NCBI GenBank assembly: GCA_964187785.1
Contig: OZ076413.1
Coordinates: 48,982,001-49,046,000, forward strand
Length of the DNA stretch: 64,000 nucleotides
Direction of reading: 5' to 3'
Origin: Amphiscolops sp. MND2022
Lineage: Eukaryota
The translations under genes and the position numbers were made by a program. Positions 24,301 to 38,200 of this stretch are shown here, in pieces (within the stretch, counting starts at the first letter, position 1; each line of letters starts with the position of its first letter). Below the pieces are notes generated by a model. It had not been told where the DNA came from. It searched no databases and saw only the letters and a list, made by a program, of their open reading frames with translations.

Positions 24301-27300
24301 AGTTCATGAAAAGAGTTGCTGTTGACGTAGGTGATCTGTCAAGCAGCTTTAACATAACTTTAGTTAACTCAAGTCACACATATCCTTAGCCGCCTTGCTC
24401 GCTGCATCTGATTTGCCGGGAAAACATTGACCTGTAATTCATATGTCAGACAATCTTTTAACTCTACTAAGCATGACATATGCCATTCTAGGTTGTAAAC
24501 TTTGGTCCCACTCAATTATATCCTTCTGACCTGTAGGAAAAGTTTGACCTTGTACCTTATGACAAGTTAAAGCCCATGCCAGGCGAAGATGTAGTTGTAG
24601 CAATTGCGAGCGAGCAGAATGGCGATTCCTCTTACTAAGCTGGTACGTCACGAAAGTTTTGAATATTGGAACACCTCCGCTGTAAGAACTTCGAAATTGG
24701 GGGTTTTGTTTGATCAGAGAGATACCAACGTGCTCATCATCGAGTTCAACTGGGACACAATTAATTTGACAAAGGTCAGGGGAGATAATACCGACGATTG
24801 AACCCAGCTGTCCGTTAGTTAGGCAATCATTGACATCTACATTATAGATGAAAATCACCCGGGCTCCAACTTTCAAAGTGATCGAGTCACTGAAAGCAGT
24901 ATCATTAAATTTCCCTTGATTAATTTTGGGTCGGCAACCCACCGGAGACTTGATCATAGACTTTGATGAAAACACTTGTCCACGTAAACAATTCAATTTA
25001 TACTCGCTGTCTCTGTCCACTTCTGCGTATGTGTAGAAAATGCGTGTGGCGACAATAGGTAGGCTGGGGTCGTTTTCGAGAACTTGTAAAGATGATAAAA
25101 CGGTAAGGTCATCTGCGGTCAGGGAAGCAGTTCTAACACGCTTGAGGGTTTCTACCCACTTCAAATCATCTTCTTGCCTAAGAAGTCTAGATCAACACTC
25201 AGTGAAAACAAGTTTTTTAACCCAGAGAAACCATTGAAATTAACCGATGATTAGCGTGAAGGACGACGGAGCAAAAATGCATCCAGAGATTGCAGAAATA
25301 GTAGTAACCGGAATACTTTTGGGCACGAGGTTGTTGGAATTTGAAGTGACCACGAACGGGCTTAAGCTGTAAAAGATTACCAAAAAGGAGGACAGCAACA
25401 ACACCAAAAATGCGATCGGTCTGCTTTACTTGTTGGAGTCTTTCGTGGAACTGGTGAAATAAGTCGGAACGCACCATACTCATCTCATCACATACCAGTA
25501 AGACAAGTCCTTCGTATTTGTTAGAAAAATGTAATGAGATTTTCGAGAGTGTCACAGTACCGAAAAAATTAAATGGCGGACTCTTTGGAAGTTCTAGCAT
25601 CAATTTTGTTGCAAAAAATTGAAACAAATGAACGGTGCACCCTTTGGTGCAATCCAAAATGTTTCTTTAAAGTGATTTTTAAAAGCGGTGCCGAAAAAAC
25701 CTTGAGTTAAAATCACATAGATAGCCAAAGTTGGCACCCAGCTCGAGGCATAAAATTGTTCCACGTATTGACGTGGTTTTAACGTCGTTTCAAACGCTTC
25801 ACACAATGAATTTGTCCTTTTTTGTAGCATTTTCAAATCTGGAACTCTAATCAAATCTAAAGACGAAGCAACCAAAAGCTCAAGAAAGTGTGAATTCTTC
25901 CAAATAGATTACGGAAAGCAAAAATTCATACAGCTGAATTCGAAAACATGCACTAAAATTGAAACACGAAACAAATGTTCGAAACTGAAGAACAAAAACT
26001 ATGATTGAATGTTATCGATTGTTATGCAGAGACAATCATGATGCGAATAGGAGCAAGGATGAATAAAGAGCGAGCTGTCCGCTGATCTCACAAAACAAAG
26101 ATCAAGTTTGTGGCCAGCGCGATGAGTCGGCGAAGACACAACTCGTTTGAATCCCATCTCTCCTACGAAGCTTCCAGGGCGTATTGAGTTAGGATAGTTG
26201 AAATCGCCCGTGATAATTGCAGTCTCGGGAGTAATGCTTTTTTCAAGGTTTCCAAGAAAAGTAAAGGGGACAGGCGTGGTAACGATACACTCCAATCACT
26301 GGGAAACCTTCATCGTGTGAAAGTACTTTTATCATTGAGTCATGGATTTCGATTTCGCAGTTCGTTTTTGTCGAAATAAACTCAAACCCTGGCCTTTCTC
26401 ATCTTTCAAATGTCGGGTTTTAACAAACTTAGGAAGGAAGAAGGGATCTGGATAGCTTGTTTCGAGCCATGTTTCAGACAGAAACAGATTCTTGCAAGAA
26501 TTGTTCAGATTATCGGCCTTGAGGTCTTCCACATTGGCATTCAGTGATTGGATAATTAGGATACAAATGGTGAGTTTAGTGCAGTTCATGAAAAGAGTTG
26601 CTGTCGACGTAGGTGATCTGTCAAGCAGCTTTAGCATAACTTTAGTTAACTCAAGTCACACATATCTTTAGCCTCCTTGCTCGCTGCATCTGATTTGCCG
26701 GGGAAAACATTGACCTGTAATTCATATGTCAGACAATCCTTTAGCTCTACTAAGCATGAAATATGCCATTCTAGGTTGTAAACTTTGGTCCCACTCAATT
26801 ATATCCTTCTGACCTGTTGGAATAGTTTGACCTTGTACCTTATGACAAGTTAAAACCCAAACCAGGCGAAGATGTAGTTGTAGCAATTGCGAGCGAGCAG
26901 TATGTCAATTCCTCCCACAAAGCTGGTACGTCACGAATGTTTTGAATATTGGAACACCTCCGCTGTAAGAACTTTGAAATTGGGGGTACTGTTTGATCAG
27001 AGAGACACCAACGTGCTCATCATCGAATTTAACGAAGACACTATTAAATTGACAAAATTCAGGGGAGATAATACCGACGATTGAACCCAGCTGTCCGTTA
27101 GTTAGGGAATCATTGACATCTACATTATAGATCAACATCATGCGGGCTCCAACTTTCAAAGTGATCAAGTACCTGAAAGCAGTGTCATTAATTTTCCCTT
27201 GATTAATTTTGGGTCGGCAACCCACCGGAGACTTGATCATAGACTTTGATGAAACCACCTGTCCACGTAAACAATTCAATATATACTCGCTGTCTCTGTC

Positions 27301-30300
27301 GACTTTTGCGTATGTGTAGAAAATGCGTGTGGCGCCAATAAGTAAGCTGAGGTCGTTTTCGAGAACTTGTAAAGATGATAAAATGGTAAGGTCATCTGCG
27401 GTCAGAGAAGCAGTTCTAACACGCTTGAGGGTTTCTACCCACTGCAAATCATCTTCTTGCCTAAGAAGTTTAGATCGACACTCAGTGAAAACAATTTTTT
27501 TAACCGAGAGAAACCATTGAAATTAACCAATGATTAGCGTGAAGGACGACGGAGCAAAAATGCATCAAGAGATTGCAGAAATAGTAGTAATTGGAATACT
27601 TTTGGGCACGAGTTTGTTGGAATTTGAAGTGACCACGAACGGGCCTAAACTGTAAAAGATTACCGAAAAAGAGTATAGCAACAACATCAAAAACGCGATC
27701 GGTCTGCTTTACTTGTTGGAGTCTTTCGTGGAGCTGGTAGAATTGGTCGGAACGCACCATACTCATCTCATCAATTACCTGTAAAACAAGTTCTTCGTGT
27801 TTGTTAGAAAAATGAAATGAGATTTTTGAGAGTGTCACAGTACCGAAAAAGGTAAAAGGTGGACTCTTTGGAAGTTTTAGTATCAATTGTGTTGCAAAAA
27901 ATTGAAACAAATGAACGGTGCACCCTTTGGTGCAATCCAAAAAATTGCTCTAAAAGATTTTTTAAAAAACGGTGCCAAAAAATCTTTGAGTTAAAATCAC
28001 ATAGATAGCCAAAGTTGGCACCCAGCTCGAGGCATAAAATTGTTCCACGTATTGACGTGCTTTTAACGTCGTTTCAAATGCTTCACACTATTAATTTGGC
28101 GTTTTTTGGTAGCATTTTTAAATTTGGAACTCTGCTCAATTCTGAAGACGAAGCAACCAAAAGCTCAAGAAAGTGTGAATTCTTCCAAATAGATTACGGA
28201 AAGCAAAAATTCATACAGCTGAATTCGAAAACATGCACTAAAATTGAAACACGAAACAAATGTTCGAAACTGAAGAACAAAAACTATGATTGAATGTTAT
28301 TGATTGTTATGCAGAGACAATCATGATGTGAATAGGAGCAAGGATGAATAAAGAGCGAGCTGTCCGCTAATCTCACAAAACAAAGATCAAGTTTGTGGCC
28401 ATCGTGATGAGTCAGCGAAGACACAACTTGTTTGAACACCATCTCTCCTACGAAGCTTTCAGGGCGTGTTGAGTTAGGATAGTTGAAATCGCCCGTGATA
28501 ATTGCAGCCTCGGGAGTAATGCATTTTTCAAGGTTTCCAAGAAAAGTGAAAGGGGACAGGCGTGGTGACGATACACTCCAATCACTGAGAAACCTTCATC
28601 GTGTGAAAGTACTTTTATCATTGAGTCATGGATTTCGATTTCGCAGTTCGTTTTTGTCGAAAAAACACTCAAACCCTGGCGTTTCTCATCTTTCAAATGT
28701 CGGGTTTTAACAAACTTAGGAAGGAAGAAGGGATCTGGATAGCTTGTTTCGAGCCATGTTTCAGACAGAAACAGATTCTTGCAAGAATTGTTCAGATTAT
28801 CGGCCTTGAGGTCTTCCACATTGACATTCAGTGATTGGATAATTAGGATACAAATGGTGAGTTTAGTGCAGTTCATGAAAAGAGTTGCTGTCGACGTAGG
28901 TGATCTGTCAAGCAGCTTTAGCATAACTTTAGTTAACTCAAGTCACACATATCTTTAGCCTCCTTGCTCGCTGCATCTGATTTGCCGGGGATAACATTGA
29001 CCTGTAATTCATATGTCAGACAATCTTTCAGCTCTACTAAGCATGACATATGCCATTCTAGGTTGTAAACTTTGGTCCCACTCAATTATGTCCTTCTGAC
29101 CTGTTGGAAAAGTTTGACCTTGTACCTTATGACAAGTTAAAGCCCAAGCCAGGCGAAGATGTAGTTGTAGCAATTGCGAGCGAGCAGTATGTCGATTCCT
29201 CCCACAAAGCTGGTACGTCACGAATGTTTTGAATATTGGAACACCTCCGCTGTAAGAACTTTGAAACCCTTGATTAATTTTGGGTCGGCAACCCACCGGA
29301 GACTTGATCATGGACTTTGATGAAACCACCTGTCCACGTAAACAATTCAATATATACTCGCTGTCTCTGTCGACTTTTGCGTATGTGTAGAAAATGCGTG
29401 TGGCGCCAATAAGTAAGCTGAGGTCGTTTTCGAGAACTTGTAAAGATGATAAAATGGTAAGGTCATCTGCGGTCAGAGAAGCAGTTCTAACACGCTTGAG
29501 GGTTTCTACCCACTGCAAATCATCTTCTTGCCTAAGAAGTTTAGATCGACACTCAGTGAAAACAATTTTTTTAATCGAGAGAAACCATTGAAATTAACCA
29601 ATGATTAGCGTGAAGGACGACGGAGCAAAAATGCATCAAGAGATTGCAGAAATAGTAGTAATTGGAATACTTTTGGGCACGAGGTTGTTGGAATTTGAAG
29701 TGACCACGAACGGGCTTAAACTGTAAAAGATTACCGAAAAAGAGGATAGCAACAACACCAAAAACGCGATCGGTCTGCTTTACTTGTTGGAGTCTTTCGT
29801 GGAGCTGGTAGAATTGGTCGGAACGCACCATACTCATCTCATCAATTACCTGTAAAACAAGTTCTTCGTGTTTGTTAGAAAAATGAAATGAGATTTTTGA
29901 GAGTGTCACAGTACCGAAAAAGGTAAATGGTGGACTCTTTGGAAGTTTTAGTATCAATTGTGTTGCAAAAAATTGAAACAAATGAACGGTGCACCCTTTG
30001 GTGCAATCCAAAAAATTGCTCTAAAAGATTTTTTAAAAAACGGTGCCAAAAAATCTTTGAGTTAAAATCACATAGATAGCCAAAGTTGGCACCCAGCTCG
30101 AGGCATAAAATTGTTCCACGTATTGACGTGCTTTTAACGTCGTTTCAAATGCTTCACACGATTAATTTGGCGTTTTTTGGTAGCATTTTTAAATCTGGAA
30201 CTCTACTCAATTCTGAAGACGAAGCAACCAAAAGCTCAAGAAAGTGTGAATTCTTCCTAATAGATTACGGAAAGCAAAAATTCATACAGCTGAATTCGAA

Positions 30301-33300
30301 AACATGCACTAAAATTGAAACACGAAACAAATGTTCGAAACTGAAGAACAAAAACTATGATTGAATGTTATTGTTTGTTATGCAGAGACAATCATGATGT
30401 GAATAGGAGCAAGGATGAATAAAGAGCGAGCTGTCCGCTAATCTCACAAAACAAAGATCAAGTTTGTGGCCATCGCGATGAGTCGGCGAAGACACAACTT
30501 GTTTGAACCCCATCTCTCCTACGAAGCTTTCAGGGCGTGTTGAGTTAGGATAGTTGAAATCGCCCGTGATAATTGCAGTCTCGGGAGTAATGCATTTTTC
30601 AAGGTTTCCAAGAAAAGTGAAAGGGGACAGGCGTGGTGACGATACACTCCAATCACTGAGAAACCTTCATAGTGTGAAAGTACTTTTATCATTGAGTCGT
30701 GGAGTTCGATTTCGCAGTTCGTTTTTGTCGAAAAAACACTCAAACCCTGGCCTTTCTCATCTTTCAAATGTCGGGTTTTAACAAACTTAGGAAGGAAGAG
30801 GGGATCAGGATAGCTTGTTTGGGGCGATGTTTCAGACAGAAACAGATTCTCGCAAGAATTGTTCAGATGATCGGCCTTGAGGTCTTCCATATTGGCATTC
30901 AGTGATTGGATAAATAGGATACAAATGGTGAGTTTAGTGCAGTTCATGAAAAGAGTTGCTGTCGACGTAGGTGATCTGTCAAGCAGCTTTAACATAACTT
31001 TAGTTAACTCAAGTCACACATATCTTTAGCCTCCTTGCTCGCTGCATCTGATTTGCCGGGGATAACATTGACCTGTAATTCATATGTCAGACAATCTTTC
31101 AGCTCTACTAAGCATGACATATGCCATTCTAGGTTGTAAACTTTGGTCCCACTCAATTATGTCCTTCTGACCTGTTGGAAAAGTTTGACCTTGTATCTTA
31201 TGACAAGTTAAAGCCCAAGCCAGGCGAAGATGTAGTTGTAGAAATTGCGAGCGAGCAGTATGTCGATTCCTCCCACAAAGCTGGTACGTCACGAATGTTT
31301 TGAATATTGGAACACCTCCGCTGTAAGAACTTTGAAATTGGGGGTACTGTTTGATCAGAGAGATACCAACGTGCTCATCATCGATTTTAACGAAGACACT
31401 ATTAAATTGACAAAATTCAGGGGAGATAATACCGACGATTGAACCCAGCTGTCCGTTAGTTAGGGAATCATTGACATCTACATTATAGATCAACATCACC
31501 CGGGCTCCAACTTTCAAAGTGATCAAGTACCTGAAAGCAGTGTCATTAATTTTCCCATGATTAATTTTGGGTCGGCAACCCACCGGAGACTTGATCATAG
31601 ACTTTGATGAAACCACCTGTCCACGTAAACAATTCAATATATACTCGCTGTCTCTGTCGACTTTTGCGTATGTGTAGAAAATGCGTGTGGCGCCAATAAG
31701 TAAGCTGAGGTCGTTTTCGAGAACTTGTAAAGATGATAAAATGGTAAGGTCATCTGCGGTCAGAGAAGCAGTTCTAACACACTTGAGGGATTCTACACAC
31801 TGCAAATCATCTTCTTGCCTAAGAAGTTTAGATCGACACTCAGTGAAAACAATTTTTTTAACCCAGAGAAACCATTGAAATTAACCGATGATTAGCATGA
31901 AGGACGACGGAGCAAAAATGCATCCAGAGATTGCAGAAATAGTAGTAACCGGAATACTTTTGGGCACGAGGTTGTTGGAATTTGAAGTGACCACGAACGG
32001 GCTTAAACTGTAAAAGATTACCGAAAAAGAGGATAGCAACAACACCAAAAACGCGATCGGTCTGCTTTACTTGTTGGAGTCTTTCGTGGAGCTGGTAGAA
32101 TTGGTCGGAACGCACCATACTCATCTGATCAATTACCTGTAAAACAAGTTCTTCGTGTTTGTTAGAAAAATGTAATGAGATTTTCGAGAGTGTCACAGTA
32201 CCGAAAAAAATAAAAGGCGGACTCTTTTGAAGGTTTAGCATCAATTTCGTTGCAAAAAATTGAAACAAATGAACGGTGCACCCTTTGGTGCAATCCAAAA
32301 TGTTCCTTTATAATGTTTTTTTTTAAAAAACGGTGCCGAAAAAACCTTGAGTTAAAATCACATAGATAGCCAAAGTTGGCACCCAGCTCGAGGCATAAAA
32401 TTGTTCCACGTATTGACGTGCTTTTAACGTCGTTTCAAATGCTTCACACGATTAATTTGGCGTTTTTTGGTAGCATTTTTAAATCTGGAACTCTACTCAA
32501 TTCTAAAGACGAAGCAACCAAAAGCTCAAGAAAGTGTGAATTCTTCCAAATAGATTACGGAAAGCAAAAATTCATACAGCTGAATTCGAAAACATGCACT
32601 AAAATTGAAACACGAAACAAATGTTCGAAACTGAAGAACAAAAACTATGATTGAATGTTATTGATTGTTATGCAGAGACAATCATGATGTGAATAGGAGC
32701 AAGGATGAATAAAGAGCGAGCTGTCCGCTAATCTCACAAAACAAAGATCAAGTTTGTGGCCAGCGCGATGAGTCGACGAAGACACAACTTGTTTGAACCC
32801 CATCTCTCCTACGAAGCTTTCAGGGCGTGTTGAGTTAGAATAGTTGAAATCGCCCGTGATAATTGCAGTCTCGGGAGTAATGCATTTTTCAAGGTTTCCA
32901 AGAAAAGTGAAAGGGGACAGGCGTGGTGACGATACAATCCAATCACTGAGAAACCTTCATAGTGTGAAAGTACTTTTATCATTGAGTCGTGGATTTCGAT
33001 TTCGCAGTTCGTTTTTGTCGAAAAAACACTCAAACCCTGGCTTTTCTCATCTTTCAAATGTCGGGTTTTAACAAACTTAGGAAGGAAGAGGGGATCAGGA
33101 TAGCTTGTTTGGGGCGATGTTTCAGACAGAAACAGATTCTCGCAAGAATTGTTCAGATGATCGGCCTTGAGGTCTTCCATATTGGCATTCAGTGATTGGA
33201 TAAATAGGATACAAATGGTGAGTTTAGTGCAGTTCATGAAAAGAGTTGCTGTCGACGTAGGTGATCTGTCAAGCAGCTTTAACATAACTTTAGTTAACTC

Positions 33301-35291
33301 AAGTCACACATATCTTTAGCCTCCTTGCTCGCTGCATCTGATTTGCCGGGGATAACATTGACCTGTAATTCATATGTCAGACAATCTTTCAGCTCTACTA
33401 AGCATGACATATGCCATTCTAGGTTGTAAACTTTGGTCCCACTCAATTATGTCCTTCTGACCTAATGGAAAAGTTTGACCTTGTATCTTATGACAAGTTA
33501 AAGCCCAAGCCAGGCGAAGATGTAGTTGTAGCAATTGCGAGCGAGCAGTATGTCGATTCCTCCCACAAAGCTGGTACGTCACGAATGTTTTGAATATTGG
33601 AACACCTCCGCTGTAAGGACTTTGAAATTGGGGGTACTGTTTGATCAGAGAGATACAAACGTGCTCATCATCGAATTCAACTAAGACACAATTATTTTAC
33701 AAAATTCAGGGGAGGTATTATCGACGATTGAACCCAGCTGTCCGTTAGTTAGGGAATCCTTGACATCTACATTATAGATCAACATCATCCGGGCTCCAAC
33801 TTTCAAAGTGATCAAGTCACTGAAAGCAGTGTCATTAATTTTCCCTTGATTAACTTTGGGTCGGCAACCCACCGGAGACTTGATCATAGACTTTGATGAA
33901 AACACCTGTCCATGTAAACAATTCAATTTATACTTGCTGTCTCTGTCGACTTCTGCGTATGTGTAGAAAATGCGTGTGGCGCCAATCGGTAGGCTGGGGT
34001 GGTTTTCGAGAACTTGAAGAGATGATAAAATGGTAAGGTCATCTGCGGTCAGAGAAGCAGTTCTAACACGCTTGAGGGTTTCTACCCACTTCAAATCATC
34101 TTCTTGCCAAAGAATTTTAGATCAACACTCAGTGAAAACAATTTTTTAACCAAGAGAAACCATTGAAATTAACCGATGATTAGCGTGAAGGACGACGGAG
34201 CAAAAATGCATCCAGAGATTGCAGAAATAGTAGTAATCGGAATACTTTTGGGCACGAGGTTGTTGGAATTTGAAGTGACCACGAACGGGCTTAAGCTGTG
34301 AAAGATTACCAAAAAGAAGGATTGCAACAACACCAAAAATGCGATCGGTCTGCTTTACTTGTTGGAGTCTTTCGTGGAGCTGGTAAAATAAGTTGGAACG
34401 CACCATATTCATCTCATCAATTACCAGTAAGACAAGTTCTTCGTGTTTGTTAGAAAAATGAAATGAAATTTTTGAGAGTGTCACAGTACCGAAAAAAAGT
34501 AAATGGCGAACTCTTTGGAAGGTTTAGCATCAATTTCGTTGCAAAAAATTGAAACAAATGAACGGTGCACCCTTTGGTGCAATCCAAAATGTTCCTTTAT
34601 AATGTTTTTTTAAAAAACGGTGCCAAAAAAACCTTGAGTTAATTCACAAAGATAGCCAAAGTTGGCACCCAGCTTGAGGCATAAAATTGGTCTACGTATT
34701 GACGTGGTTTTAACGTCGTTTCAAATGCTTCACACCAATAATTTGGCCTTTTTTGGTAGCATTTTCAAATCTGGAACTCTAATCAAATCTAAAGACGAAG
34801 CAACCAAAAGCTCAAGAAAGTGTGAATTCTTCCAAATAGATTACGGAAAGCAAAAATTCATAGAGCTGAATTCGAAAACATGCACTAAAATTGAAACACG
34901 AAACAAATGTTCGAAACTGAAGAACAAAAACTATGATTGAATGTTATTGATTGTTATGCAGAGACAATCATGATGTGAATAGGAGCAAGGATGAATAAAG
35001 AGCGAGCTGTCCGCTAATCTCACAAAACAAAGATCAAGTTTGTGGCCAGCGCGATGAGTCGGCGAAGACACAACTTGTTTGAACCCCATCTCTCCTACGA
35101 AGCTTTCAGGGCGTGTTGAGTTAGGATAGTTGAAATCGCCCGTGATAATTGCAGTCTCGGGAGTAATGCATTTTTCAAGGTCTCCAAGAGAAGTGAAAGG
35201 GGACAGGCGTGGTAACGATACACTCCAATCACTGAGAAACCTTCATCGTGTGAAAGTACTTTTATCATTGAGTCATGGATTTCGATTTCGC
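17862..35291 (-). repeat. Tandem array of Helentron 3' module (PIF1 helicase motifs II-VI, APE/EEP endonuclease, 3' region); unit about 2.29 kb
   Basis: Unit junctions near 20959, 23245, 25531, 27814, 29885, 32172, 34460 (periods 2286, 2286, 2283, 2071, 2287, 2288); partial units 34461-35291, 20314-20959, 17862-18902. Motifs VIDE(V/M)SMV, FGNLLQLKPV, LKVGARV..YNVDVNDSLTNGQLG, LRLAWALTCHKVQGQT, MAYVMLSR; LSETWL, ITGDFN, THR.G.KLDLCF, SYSHHD. Confidence 0.93.
22891..22957 (-). other. 67-nt spliceosomal intron within the PIF1 helicase coding region (homologous intron in every array unit)
   Basis: CAT CG|GTTAAT..CTTCTCAG|G CAG GAA GAT: removal restores HANHRQEDDLKWVETLKRVR, the PIF1 motif IV (N-x-R-Q) context. 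Confidence 0.8.
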
Positions 35292-35298
35292 TGTTTGT

Positions 35299-38200
35299 CT
35301 AGTTTGAACTACCGGAAGCAAATATAGACGATATATAAGTCATTGTTGAATTCATGAGTTTTGTTTTCCCAGTCCCCACTTCTCTTTGGACGATAATGAG
35401 CGGAGGCGTTGGATTCCTACCACGTAGAAACTGGTGGGCAAAAATTGCCACCACATCAAAAACTTTGCGTTGCTCTTCTTTCAAAGATTGCACAGACTGT
35501 CTAATTTCTGATGGTAGCAAAATCTTTATCGTCGGCATACTACTACGTGTGACAGGATGATCGTCAGTCGAAAAACGCCCGGGGTGTCTGTGGGTAAATT
35601 CCGTGTTCTGCAGCTCATCCAAGTTGTCCTCGTTCATTTGCTCACCTTCGGGATCTAAGCAGTCACCAATATGAACAGGTGATCAGATGGCCCATGAGAT
35701 GCGAGGCACTCTTCAATCAAGTCAATTTGTTGAGTTAAAGGAAATATTTTCAGCTGGTTCTGGTTGATTAGTTCTCTATTGTCGTGATATAAGTTAGAAG
35801 TGTAGTCAGTCACAACATCTGCTAAACAGATATTATCGAGCGCGGCTGATCGTTTGCCGTACTTCTCAAGAACGGTTGGTGTCCACTGGTACGCTCCTTC
35901 TCGGCTCTCAGTTTTTCAACCGTGTCTTTGAGAAAGTCTTCATCGTCGGTCCACTTCGGAAATTGATACCTATTTTCAAGAAATCCAGTCGTTCAAAAAC
36001 TGTAGGTATGTTGGAATCATTCAAGTGCATATTCTTCAACAATCTGTAGGTTGCTTCACAAACTCCAATTTGCCTGTGACTAGGATAAACACTTTTCAAA
36101 AGTTTTAACATTTCATGGACCAATTTTTGTGGGTCTGTTGTTTGATAGTTTGCTTGAGAACGTCCGTGATGACAATTTCATCCTTCGAGTAATAGTCACA
36201 AGTCACAAATGTAAGTGACAGCAGCATAGGAATCGCAGCAAAACTGCAGGTCCATGGTTCCATTCCACGCAAGCAGCCACTTCTGATTGTAATTGTTGAT
36301 GTACAACTCATTCAAATTACGTTCCAGGATGACAATTTTCCCTCTGGTGGATATGGAGAGCGCGTAATGCTACGCGTCACGAGAAACGCCGAGTTTTTGA
36401 TAGAATTCTTAAAAAGTTGTGGGTAGACTAGTTTCTCCAGCAGAATTTTGGCCTTGTGGAGAATAAGCTGACATGGTTCAACTGACTTTTTATCTTCCAG
36501 TTCAGGCTGCTGAGCTATTAAAGTCAGTTTAGAAGGCAACTTCGGAAAACCTAAACGGCAAGTGGAGGATTTTTTGATACAAGACTTCCGTGGATGATAG
36601 GTCTGTACTTCTCGACAAAATTGACGCGAAGGGTCAGCTTCAGACGGTACTTCGCAGGCGATGAAGTTGTCAATCAAACGGGTCATCAGCTGTGCTTCCG
36701 AAAATAGGCTACTATTTTGAAGGTACAATTCATCCAACCACAAGCAGCTTTGAATGTGAGCCATCCCTCGTAACTGCATCTGCATCTAAAATCGGTAAGT
36801 ATAAAACAACACCGGTAGGCAACCCTCGTATTTGACATTACGGTTTTCTGAATAAAAATTTGAACACTCTTGTTGAAAATCCTCGAGTCATGTACGACGA
36901 AATGACAAAGGATGCTGGTTCTTTCAAAAGGCTTCGATTGAAGAAAAAATTCCAACTTTTGACCGTCGACCAAAATTTCGTACTATACGCCATGCACGTT
37001 AAAAACTGTTTTAAGGCTGATTGTAAGCCTTGTGACTTCAAAATTGTCACAAAAACTTCGGGCATCCCATTTCAGCACACGACAGTGTGAAGAAGTACTG
37101 TAAAGGACCTAGTTTTTTCACTTTTGCGAGCAACTCATTCGATCAAATCTCCAGTACTGGCTGGTGCCACGAATATGTTGGAATACAGTTTGTGTATCTT
37201 CTTGACTAACTTTGATGGCATCGTTATCCATTCGCTCGGTTTTTCCTTTGCGAAAAAAATATCGCTTTGACGCTCGAGCTGTTCTCGTTCGACTCGCTGC
37301 TGAGCAGCAAACAAATAAGCGCTACCCTCCGCGAAGCGATAGTTTTTGCTGGTTATACGTTGACTAAAGTATTGCTGGGAACGAATTTTGACCTCCTGTA
37401 TATCACCTGTTGTAAATTCGCCGCAGGGATAAAACAAGGGACTGATTGTGCTTCAAAGTCCACATTGGACAAGTTGGTCGGAAATTTATTCTCTCCTGGA
37501 ACGACAAAAAAAGTTTCTGAAAGTTTTTTGCGAACAACAACTCCACAATTTGAAATGACATGAGCAGCAGCATTATGAGGAATGAGACAAGTATCCAAAC
37601 AATCATCGTTATCAGTCTGAACTGCCTCCTGATTATCATTTTCTGTTTTTGTCTGCTCACCAACGTTAATGAAAGCAACTTCGTCGAAAGAAAAAATTTG
37701 ATTTAAAACGATATCATGGTAAAAACGACATCATGGTAAGAGATACCGTTTCAATGACTGTTTCAACTTTTCATTGTACTTTTTCAATGACACTTTCAAC
37801 CTTTCTTGGTACTTTTTTTAGGACTGTTGCAAATTTTCCCGGTATTTCTATAGAGAAGGCTCCTTGGTGATCAACTCAGCACATGGCTGTGACTCTAATG
37901 TTGTTGGATTGTATCTTGCATGTTTGTATTCAGACCATTTCAATTGCCTCCTTTCAGCTGAAACTGTCTGATAAGAGGTCATACACGAGCTTCGGGAAAA
38001 ATCCTGGAGAGCTGTAATGTGAGTTTGAAAAGTTGCTGAGCACTTTACACAAGGTTTTTCAAGAAAAGTTTTGACATCAATTTCACGAACAGGTTGCAAA
38101 AAACACTTTCAGAGGACTCATCACATTTTGTTCTTTTCAGATGCTTGCGTTTCGTTTTCAGATTCCGAAATGTTTTCCCACAAGCTTTGCAAACAAAAGC

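Noticed and set aside
28015..34940. Recurrent 92-aa plus-strand ORF (MAPSSRHKIV..) in four array units
   Set aside because: TTG start, antisense to non-coding unit sequence, broken in other units; recurrence is due to the repeat itself
17862..35291. Repeated helicase plus nuclease pairs read as a prokaryotic defence system or a functional host PIF1 gene cluster
   Set aside because: Eukaryotic context, an intron, an upstream HUH Rep relic, absence of Walker A in the units and shared stops identify a dead Helentron module
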